Shown here: positions 9,337-16,999 of the stretch, in pieces
How the letters are laid out: each line of letters begins with the position of its first letter
Numbering within the stretch: the first letter of the stretch is position 1
The notes under the pieces: model-generated
Databases searched by the model: none
The model's input: only the letters and a program-made list of their open reading frames with translations
What the model was told of the DNA's origin: nothing
NCBI GenBank assembly: GCA_019057375.1
Contig: DXJF01000029.1
Location: 1 to 35,389 of the forward strand
DNA: 35,389 nt
Source: Candidatus Heimdallarchaeota archaeon
Lineage (GTDB): Archaea > Asgardarchaeota > Heimdallarchaeia > Heimdallarchaeales > Heimdallarchaeaceae
Direction of reading: 5' to 3'
Translations under genes and position numbers: made by a program

Positions 9337-10512
9337 TTAACAATGTTTTAACGGAGTTAGTACTTCCCCTGGTATCCTTCCTTTCAACGGTTCCATTTCT
9401 TTACATTCAGTGATTGTTATTTCTTCATCAAAGATGAATTTTCCAACTCTTTTCACTTCTTCCAACACTTGTTTTTTAATTGAAACCTCTGGCTTTTCTA
9501 GAAAAAATATCTTAATAGTTGATTTTTTACTACTAACAAAATCCCATATTCCTATAACTCTCCCATTAAGAAGGATTGCTGAGGTAGCATTTCCAGATTT
9601 ATCAAACAGATAACTGTAATGATCTTCTTTGACATACCTTTCTCTATCTTTATGTCCCATTAAATATGGATCTAAATCAGAAAGAAGAGTAACAACACTT
9701 TTTTCAGTTTTACTAATTGTTTGAAGTTTTTTCAAATCTTCAGATAGAATCAGGTACTCTTTGTCGATTCCTTTGATTTGAATTTTCTCAATTTGACCTT
9801 CTAATTCCTGAAGTATCCTTCTTGTTTGAGTTTTATTGAACCCAGTCCACCACACAATATCTGTTTCTGTAGCTGGACCTAGACATTCGAAATACTTTCT
9901 AACCAAGAATTTCATACTTTCTTCTTCATTGATTCCTTCAAAGCTCATTTCTGGGAAATATTCTTTGAAGAGGGAGTATGTGTGTCTCTTATCTCTCCAA
10001 CTCTTTACTGGCTTAGTTCGTATCAAGTCTAGTTGATCACACATCAAAGTAATGAAATGAGTAGTGTACTCTTTAGAACTAATTTCTTTTTTTATATCAG
10101 CTGTTGATAAAACCTTACCAGTCAAAATTCTTCTTATTGCATTTGCAGCTTTCTCATATACATCAACTGTAACTCCAAGATTCTTTAGATAATCTTCATG
10201 ACGTTTTGAATATTGTTTCTTTGTTGCTATAAATAGACGTGGAATCAGTTCTGTAGGTTGAATAAAGATTGTTTTTCTCATACATCTGATTTTTCCCAAA
10301 TTCTTCTTTTCATAGATTTCTTTTTCCAAATCTTCTTTCCTGAAATCTATAGCTCTGAAGAAAGTAGAAAGATAGGTAGTTGTCTGACTTGTAGCATGAA
10401 GTCCTCCAATATCATATACTATTTTCGAAATATCTTCAATACGTGATTCAGGAACCAAATGTTGTTTGGTTAGAATAAAGTAATTGATTTCTGAAGCTGT
10501 GAATTCATCCAT
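9337..10512 (-). CDS. HTH_42 / AlkZ-like winged-helix DNA glycosylase family protein
   Basis: GGLHATSQTTTYLS at the catalytic-motif position, RCMRKTIF, LGPATETDIVWWTG, LLSDLDPYLMGHKDR and LLNGRVIGIW. Confidence 0.85.
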   Translation of the reverse strand: MDEFTASEINYFILTKQHLVPESRIEDISKIVYDIGGLHATSQTTTYLSTFFRAIDFRKEDLEKEIYEKKNLGKIRCMRKTIFIQPTELIPRLFIATKKQYSKRHEDYLKNLGVTVDVYEKAANAIRRILTGKVLSTADIKKEISSKEYTTHFITLMCDQLDLIRTKPVKSWRDKRHTYSLFKEYFPEMSFEGINEEESMKFLVRKYFECLGPATETDIVWWTGFNKTQTRRILQELEGQIEKIQIKGIDKEYLILSEDLKKLQTISKTEKSVVTLLSDLDPYLMGHKDRERYVKEDHYSYLFDKSGNATSAILLNGRVIGIWDFVSSKKSTIKIFFLEKPEVSIKKQVLEEVKRVGKFIFDEEITITECKEMEPLKGRIPGEVLTPLKHC

Positions 10513-10631
10513 AAAGATTCATTCAATTTCAACCTTTTTTATTTTTCTGATGACAATTCAGATTTATATATTTAAAAAAAATGTAGTCAATAAGAAGCCA
10601 ATTAAGCTTAACATACTTAGTAGTGAGATAC

Positions 10632-11339
10632 ATGAAAGAAGAAGAATTCAGGAAATTTCTCAAAAGAAAGGGTAAAAAAGCAGATGTAATTGATAGAAAT
10701 GTTACATCAGTAACTAGATTTATTGAGTTTCTAAAGAAAGAAAGAGGAAAAAACCTAGATTCTACGATAAAAGATGACATTGATTCTTATGTAAATGAGA
10801 TAGAGAAAAAACAAAAAAAATCAGCTAAAGGAGCTTTGTATGTTCTGATGAACTACTACAAATTCACTGAAGATAGTGAAATGTTATCATATGTAGCAAA
10901 ACTGAGAGAAGAAAGAACTAAGAAATCACGAAGAGTTTTTCCAATTAAGGAGTTCCACAAGGTCAATTCTGAATATGTTCAAAAACTCTCTAGTGTTGGT
11001 ATAAAAAACGTTGAACAAATGCTTGAAGCTGGCAAAACCAAACAACAACGAAAGAAACTTTCAGAGGAATTAAACATACCTGAAGAAGCAATTTTAGAAC
11101 TTGTAGAACTCTCAGATATTACTCGAATAGGATATGTTAAAACAAAACTAGCTCGTCTTTATCATAGCGCTGGAATTGACTCTCCTACTAAACTTGCTCA
11201 ATTTGAAGTTAGCGAACTCTATGAGTTTTTTAAGAAATATGTGAAAGAATCAGGTTGGGATGGTATGGTTCCCAATCCTAAAGATCTAGAATACAATATT
11301 CGCAATGCTAAGAAACTTAAAGAAATTGTAGAAAAATGA
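10632..11339 (+). CDS. DUF4332-domain protein with an N-terminal integrase SAM-like helical domain
   Basis: C-terminal KLSSVGIKNVEQML...LSDITRIGYV...AGIDSPTKLA (HhH-like DUF4332). N-terminal FRKFL...F.EFL...IDSYV...LMNYYKF. ATG at 10632. Confidence 0.7.
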   Translation: MKEEEFRKFLKRKGKKADVIDRNVTSVTRFIEFLKKERGKNLDSTIKDDIDSYVNEIEKKQKKSAKGALYVLMNYYKFTEDSEMLSYVAKLREERTKKSRRVFPIKEFHKVNSEYVQKLSSVGIKNVEQMLEAGKTKQQRKKLSEELNIPEEAILELVELSDITRIGYVKTKLARLYHSAGIDSPTKLAQFEVSELYEFFKKYVKESGWDGMVPNPKDLEYNIRNAKKLKEIVEK

Positions 11340-11365
11340 ACCCTCTAGTGATGCAGAAAAAGCTA

Positions 11366-11560
11366 TTACTTCTTTCTATTAGCATGACAAACTTTGTGAA
11401 CTATCCACCATTTATCGTCTAGCTTGAGTAAGTTGAAGTAGTCAATGAATTGAGCTCTATCGCATTCTAATCTTATCTTAGCTAATCAAACGTTTCCTGT
11501 AATATCCACATATAGAATCTCTGTTTCCCATTTAATATTTTCATCATAATCTTTAGAATC
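11366..11560 (-). pseudogene. Remnant of an NTF2-like/SnoaL (Lumazine_bd_2-type) gene
   Basis: Reading through TGA at 11486-11488 gives KWETEILYVDITGNV*LAKIRLECDRAQFIDYFNLLKLDDKWWIVHKVCHANRKK*, matching the family C-terminus. No credible start was found; the 5' boundary is approximate. Confidence 0.65.
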
Positions 11561-11648
11561 ATACCCAGAGCAATAATAAACATTATTTGAGAAATCCTTA
11601 TTATAAATAACAACAGTGTACAATTTTAGGTCATAAAAATTTCTAGAG

Positions 11649-13361
11649 GTGATAAAAATTAAAAAAAGAGATTTAGTAAAAGACCTAAGAACAATTTTTC
11701 TTCTCTTACTCATAATAACTGTACTTCTTGCTACTCAAAATACTCTCCAAATAAGATCAGAGAATGGACAAATTGAATCTATTAGAGATTCTGACTGGTT
11801 TTGGACAGATACTGAAGTTCTATCAAAAGAGAGTCCCCAAAATTCTGAAAATCCTAAAGTGATAACAGATTCTGTTGGGAATGTTCATATTGTATGGAGA
11901 GATCAAACAGATTATTTAGGAGCAGGTACGGATAGAGATATCTTCTACAAACGATGGGAAGCCAATTCAAATACATGGCGGACAACTGAAGTTGTCTCTG
12001 AAAGCTCATCAGAATCTTTTAGCCCAGATATTGCTCTTGATTCATTAGATAATATCCATTTAGTATGGGAAGAAAATTCTCAAGTTATTTTATATAAACA
12101 ATGGATTACTGCTACGCAAAGCTGGTCTAGCATTACTACCATCTCAACTGAAAGCTCTGTAAACTCTGTCAATCCCTCAATTGGAGTTGATTTATCAGAT
12201 AATTTACATCTGGTTTGGGGTGACAATACAGATTATTTAGAAGCCGGAGGAGAATTTGATATTTTCTATAAAATCTGGAACGAAACAAAACAATCATGGT
12301 CAACTACACAGGTTGTTTCTACAGAGAGCACTGCTGATTCTTTTGTTCCTAAACTAGCTATTGATTCTGTTGGAAATGTTCATGTCACTTGGGATGACAC
12401 TACTGATTATCTTGGTGCAGATGCTGATAGAGATATTTTCTACAAGTATTTAGATGCATCAACAAAAATCTGGCAACCAGCAAAGGTCCTATCTAATGAA
12501 AGTATTGTATTATCATTGAATCCCGATATATCTGTCGATTCTTTTGATAATATACATATTGTCTGGGAAGATTCAACAGGTTTTGATGGTGCTGAAGGAG
12601 ATAGTGATATTTTCTATATAATCCATGACAAAGAATCTGCTAGTTGGACAATACCTGAAGTAATATCTGATGTCGGAGAATCTGCTTCTTGGTTACCATC
12701 CATTGATATAGATTTGGAAGATAATATCTATATTGCATGGGAAGATGCTTCAGTTTATGATGGTGCAGATACAGATCTAGATATTTTCTATCGAATGTTC
12801 TCATCACGTACAGAAACTTGGTTAAAAACTGAAGTCATTTCTACTGACAGTACCTCATCATCTAGATTTGTATCTCTAGCTGTTGGAAATTATGGAAGTG
12901 TGAATATAATATGGTACGATTATACTAATTTATCGTATTATGGTGGTGATTCTGACATCTTCTTTAAAAGATTTATAGGACCACCTACAGAACCTACATT
13001 GGCACCTATAGTTCCAGATCAGATAGATACAGATGTACTACAATTAAAGTGGAATGATGCAAAAGGTGTTAGACAGTACTATGTCTATAGAGATACATCA
13101 TATATCTGGTCCGTTGATCATTTAGATTTTATATTTTCAGTTAGTACAAATACAACAATTGATACACTACCCGACACAGGAATCTACTATTATGTTGTTG
13201 TTGCTGATAATGTACATTACAATAGTTCACTGTCTAATTGTGTATTTGTAGAATATAAATTGGTACATATTCGAGAATTTGTCATACCGATTAGCATAAT
13301 GACAATAATAGCTATGCTAGTTATAACAATAAGAATTAGACGTAAAAGATACAATGCATAA
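11649..13361 (+). CDS. Cell-surface protein: seven-repeat beta-propeller, FN3-like domain, C-terminal TM anchor
   Basis: Signal/TM at the N-terminus. Seven ~50-58 aa repeats (EV.S.ES...S..P.I..DS.DN.H.VW.D.T...G...DIFYK...W). FN3-like LQLKWND...YYVYR...GIYYYVVVA. Ends IREF + TM + RRKR. Confidence 0.85.
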   Translation: MIKIKKRDLVKDLRTIFLLLLIITVLLATQNTLQIRSENGQIESIRDSDWFWTDTEVLSKESPQNSENPKVITDSVGNVHIVWRDQTDYLGAGTDRDIFYKRWEANSNTWRTTEVVSESSSESFSPDIALDSLDNIHLVWEENSQVILYKQWITATQSWSSITTISTESSVNSVNPSIGVDLSDNLHLVWGDNTDYLEAGGEFDIFYKIWNETKQSWSTTQVVSTESTADSFVPKLAIDSVGNVHVTWDDTTDYLGADADRDIFYKYLDASTKIWQPAKVLSNESIVLSLNPDISVDSFDNIHIVWEDSTGFDGAEGDSDIFYIIHDKESASWTIPEVISDVGESASWLPSIDIDLEDNIYIAWEDASVYDGADTDLDIFYRMFSSRTETWLKTEVISTDSTSSSRFVSLAVGNYGSVNIIWYDYTNLSYYGGDSDIFFKRFIGPPTEPTLAPIVPDQIDTDVLQLKWNDAKGVRQYYVYRDTSYIWSVDHLDFIFSVSTNTTIDTLPDTGIYYYVVVADNVHYNSSLSNCVFVEYKLVHIREFVIPISIMTIIAMLVITIRIRRKRYNA

Positions 13362-13364
13362 CTT

Positions 13365-13385
13365 CCCCTCAAAGCACGTGAGGGG
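13365..13385. terminator. GC-rich hairpin immediately after the surface-protein stop codon
   Basis: CCCCTCA-AAGCACG-TGAGGGG is a perfect 7-bp stem starting 4 nt after TAA. The function (terminator or stability element) is inferred. Confidence 0.3.
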
Positions 13386-13441
13386 ACCCACTTAAACGAT
13401 GGTTAGAAAGCCTCTGGCAAGTTTAACCAAGTTTCATAACA

Positions 13442-13513
13442 CGCGTAAGATATAGTCTTACCAAAGGGTATCTCTGTAAGTTCATTCCAAACCTTTTTTT
13501 AAATCTCTGACAT
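13442..13513 (-). pseudogene. Short remnant of a second ogt-like gene
   Basis: The minus strand reads MSEI*KKVWNELTEIPFGKTISYA. 12 of 19 residues are identical to EKVWMKLLEIPFGSVISYS of the intact Ogt at 14486..14962. Confidence 0.6.
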
Positions 13514-13593
13514 ATTGTGTGTTTTACAAGAAACTATATCGCTTTTAAGGAAATTAGAAAATAATATATAAATCTTCGTTAATAATCTCATTT

Positions 13594-14496
13594 ATGGTAT
13601 CAGATGAAGAAAAATTCGGTAAAACAATAATTCTTTCTGATGGAAGACAATTTGGTTATATTGAAAGAGGAAATCCTGAAGACAAAGCTGTTTTTTATAT
13701 TCACGGATGGCCTAGCTCTAGATTGGAAGTGTTAGAGTGTGAATCATTTACTTCATTTTCAGGGAGTAGAATCATCTCAATAGACAGACCAGGAATTGGT
13801 TTATCTGATTTTAAGAAGAAAAGAACAATTCTTGATTTAGCTGATGATATTGTAGAACTAGCAGATTTCTTAGGCATAGAACAATTTTCTGTCTTAGGCT
13901 TATCTGGTGGTGCTCCCTTCGCACATGCATGTGCTTACAAAATCCCAGACCGTTTACATTCAGTTGGGATAGTATCAGGAATGGGACCATACTATATTAC
14001 AAAGGAGCACTTATCAGGACCAGTAGGATTTATGCTTTCTTTACTAAGAGTTGCACCTTGGTTAATGAGGTTATTTCTGGGGATTGTATTTGTAAGATCT
14101 TTGAGATCAAAAAATCAAGAAAAAGCAAAAGAAAAAATGAGAGCTAATTTAATGAGTAATTTACCAGAACCTGATGAAGAATTATTAAAAAAACCAGAAG
14201 TATTTGCTGTTACGTGGAGGCAAATGCAAGAAGCATTCACTAAAGGTGCAAAAGGACCAACTAAAGATGGTTCACTTTATACTAAACACTGGGGTTTTGA
14301 ATTAAGTGATATACCAAAAGAAGTTAAGATTTTTCTTTGGCATGGGGAAATGGATAATACTGCTCCTGTAGGCATAGGAAAAGCAGTAGCAAAAGAGATA
14401 CCTCATTGTGTAAGTAAATTTTATCCAAAAGAAGGACACTCCTCTCTACTGATGAACAATTTTGATGAAATAGTTAATACTTTACTCAATGCATAA
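13594..14496 (+). CDS. Alpha/beta hydrolase
   Basis: HGWPSSRLE, DRPGIGLS, nucleophile GLSGG, WHGEMD and EGHSS. TATATAAA lies about 22 nt upstream of the ATG. Confidence 0.9.
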   Translation: MVSDEEKFGKTIILSDGRQFGYIERGNPEDKAVFYIHGWPSSRLEVLECESFTSFSGSRIISIDRPGIGLSDFKKKRTILDLADDIVELADFLGIEQFSVLGLSGGAPFAHACAYKIPDRLHSVGIVSGMGPYYITKEHLSGPVGFMLSLLRVAPWLMRLFLGIVFVRSLRSKNQEKAKEKMRANLMSNLPEPDEELLKKPEVFAVTWRQMQEAFTKGAKGPTKDGSLYTKHWGFELSDIPKEVKIFLWHGEMDNTAPVGIGKAVAKEIPHCVSKFYPKEGHSSLLMNNFDEIVNTLLNA

Positions 14497-14962
14497 TGCA
14501 GAACTGAGCTTTCTCAAAATCTAATAACCATTTTTTCCTATCCAGTCCTCCTCCATACCCTACGAGCTTACTATTTTTACCAATTACTCTGTGACAGGGA
14601 ATGAAGATACTGATAGGATTCTGTCCGTTAGCATTACCAACAGCTCTTACAGCTGCTATATTTCCAATTTTAGAAGCAAGCTCACTATAGGAGATAACAC
14701 TACCAAATGGTATCTCAAGAAGTTTCATCCAGACTTTTTCTTGAAATTCTGTACCAGAGGGAAGCAAGGTGAGATCAAACTCTTTTCTCTTTCCTGTAAA
14801 ATACTCATCTAGCTGAAGCAAAGCTTGTTTTAGAATTGATGGAACGGTTTCAGATTGAGCTTCTTTTTCTTTGAAATTACTAGCTAGTAAGCTATTCTGG
14901 TCACTTACTATCTCTAAATTACCAATAGGGGTGTCATAATTTGTAAAGAATTTATCTGGCAT
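14486..14962 (-). CDS. ogt: Methylated-DNA--protein-cysteine methyltransferase
   Basis: Active-site PCHRV, GTEFQEKVW, RAVGNANGQNP and GYGGGLDRKKWLL. Confidence 0.97.
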   Translation of the reverse strand: MPDKFFTNYDTPIGNLEIVSDQNSLLASNFKEKEAQSETVPSILKQALLQLDEYFTGKRKEFDLTLLPSGTEFQEKVWMKLLEIPFGSVISYSELASKIGNIAAVRAVGNANGQNPISIFIPCHRVIGKNSKLVGYGGGLDRKKWLLDFEKAQFCIMH

Positions 14963-15038
14963 TAAATCTACTCATTTGATTAGTTCGAGGGAAAGTTTAT
15001 TAAACCTCGCAATAAAACTTCTTCTTAGTGAATATAAA

Positions 15039-15272
15039 ATGGCATCGGCATACATTTTAATCAATTGTGAGATTGGAGAAGAGAGCAGCGTAATGTCCCA
15101 GCTGAAAGAAATGCCCAATGTTGTAGAAGTACACATTGTGTATGGAGTTTATGACTTAATAGCTAAGATTGAAGCTGATGATACAGACTCATTAAAGAAG
15201 ATTGTTACTGAGAATCTTAGAGTATTAGAGAAAGTTCGTTCTACAATGACCATGATTTGTGTAGATCAATAG
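15039..15272 (+). CDS. Stand-alone Lrp/AsnC ligand-binding (RAM) domain protein
   Basis: AYILINCEIG...VVEVHIVYGVYDLIAKIEA...VRSTMTMI, with no HTH. ATG at 15039. Confidence 0.9.
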   Translation: MASAYILINCEIGEESSVMSQLKEMPNVVEVHIVYGVYDLIAKIEADDTDSLKKIVTENLRVLEKVRSTMTMICVDQ

Positions 15273-15602
15273 ATTTACACTCTTTATCCATTTTTTCTTT
15301 TTATTTCTTCTCGATAAACTTATATTTGCATGATTTTCCTGTAAGTTGATAACAATGTCACTCCTTAATCGCACTATTTAGTAACATGCGAGGGGATCTC
15401 GCGCTGAAATCCTGTATTGTATTGTTTAGTAGCGAGTAGTATACATTGTTAAAGAATTTTTCAAACATCTTTGAATAAATCAAAAACATTCTGATTTCTT
15501 CTATTTGAAAACCTCTTTCTTTGTTTTCGCTACTAAAGATGAACGAAACTGGAATTAATTCCAAGAAAAATTAAAGTAAATGAAAAAAAAGAAGGTGATA
15601 AG

Positions 15603-16586
15603 ATGAGCAATTATACCAAACTCAAATGGTATAGATTCAATATAGCTAGAAGAATATGGAATCTTGAAGGCGAACAGCTCATAGCTGAATTAGAGGATAT
15701 TATTCAAGATATCCGTAATAAGAAATTGGATAAAATGGGCATCTTCAAACTTCAGATTCAAGAATTAGAAAATATGATTTCTCAGGCTAAAGCTAAACCT
15801 AAGGTTAAAGGTAGGGATTATGACCCCTTTCATATTCCCTATTCTGGTGATGGTAGAATAGCCTTGTTTGGGCTTTCAAATGTTGGTAAAAGCACACTGA
15901 TGAACGCTATAACAAATGCTGACGTTAAGGTCGGAGCCTATCTCCATACAACAAGAGAAGCTCATGCTGGAACATTAGAATACGAAGATTTGAAAATACA
16001 GATTATAGATCTCCCTGGTTTCTTAGATTTCAGCGAAGATTGGGCTATAAGCAAACAAATCGTAAGAGTAGCAAGAACAAGTGATGCTATCTTAATGGTT
16101 ATTGATTTATCAATGGACATTGATAGACAGTTGAATTTTCTGTTAAAACAGCTTGAAGATGCTAAGCTGATAATAGATGGTCAAACCCCTTACAAACTAG
16201 GCATCATAGCTACAAAAGGAGATCTTTCTGGGTCTAAGGAAAAATACGAAGAATTGATGAGTAAAACCAATCTCCCTGTACATCCAATAACTATCAAAGC
16301 TGAAGAAACACTTGAAGATTTAAAGAAGATGCTCTTTGAGCAGCTTGATGTAATTAGAATATATACAAAGAAACCTGGTCAGAAAGCTGATCTCGAGCAA
16401 CCCTTTGTTATCTATGAAGGGTCAACTGTTGCTGATGTTGCCACGAAAATCCATACCAGTTTCACTAAAAGATTTAGATTTGCTAGAGTTTGGGGAAAAT
16501 CGGGTGAGTTCGAAGGACAACAAGTAGGTCTAGAACATGAATTAGCTGACAAAGATATCCTTGAGATAATTGTTGAGAGAAGATGA
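15603..16586 (+). CDS. DRG/OBG-family GTPase with C-terminal TGS domain (short form)
   Basis: G1 GLSNVGKSTL, G2 HTT, G3 DLPG, G4 TKGD. TGS: IRIYTK...STVADVATKIH...FARVWG...GQQVG.EHEL.D.DILEI. GGTGA ribosome-binding site. Confidence 0.9.
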   Translation: MSNYTKLKWYRFNIARRIWNLEGEQLIAELEDIIQDIRNKKLDKMGIFKLQIQELENMISQAKAKPKVKGRDYDPFHIPYSGDGRIALFGLSNVGKSTLMNAITNADVKVGAYLHTTREAHAGTLEYEDLKIQIIDLPGFLDFSEDWAISKQIVRVARTSDAILMVIDLSMDIDRQLNFLLKQLEDAKLIIDGQTPYKLGIIATKGDLSGSKEKYEELMSKTNLPVHPITIKAEETLEDLKKMLFEQLDVIRIYTKKPGQKADLEQPFVIYEGSTVADVATKIHTSFTKRFRFARVWGKSGEFEGQQVGLEHELADKDILEIIVERR

Positions 16587-16605
16587 TTTTCTCCAACTTC
16601 TTTTT

Positions 16606-16884
16606 TTAAAAAACTAACTTTAAATCACAGTTATTGCAGTATATATGTCCAACTGGATCATTAATACCTATATTCTGTTTTCTATTAAGAGCTGTTTCTA
16701 GTGTTTTTTCGAAACATTCTGGACATCGTATTTGCGAAAAATCTGTACTTCTTTCAAAACAAGAACTGCATTGGTAAATAACGGCTCTTTCCAACATATC
16801 AGCTGCTACTGCTGTCATGGGATTAAGAGCATCTACATATACATCCAACTGCCCACCACAAGTAGGACATTCCATAGCTTTCAT
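16606..16884 (-). CDS. Small double zinc-ribbon protein
   Basis: Four CxxC pairs (CPTC, CSSC, CPEC, CNNC) in 92 aa. Confidence 0.7.
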   Translation of the reverse strand: MKAMECPTCGGQLDVYVDALNPMTAVAADMLERAVIYQCSSCFERSTDFSQIRCPECFEKTLETALNRKQNIGINDPVGHIYCNNCDLKLVF

Positions 16885-16999
16885 TGGTTGCTGTTTCTTA
16901 TCTCCCCAATATGAATGTTATGTTTTCTATGAATAGTTTCTGTCATGTAGTCATATTAAGGGAACTATGAATCACTTTGAAAGACACTTAAGAATCAAA

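Noticed and set aside
10632-11339. Integrase marking a provirus or island boundary
   Set aside because: There is no tyrosine-recombinase catalytic domain and no att-like repeat or tRNA nearby.
11790-12980. Possible DNA repeat array or CRISPR
   Set aside because: The repeats are degenerate, in-frame and at protein level (propeller blades). No identical direct repeats with spacers were seen anywhere in the window.
16930-16970. Weak stem (ATAGTTTC/GGAACTAT) as the left end of the tnpB element
   Set aside because: It is short, AT-rich and has a wobble pair. It cannot be told apart from background without other copies of the element.
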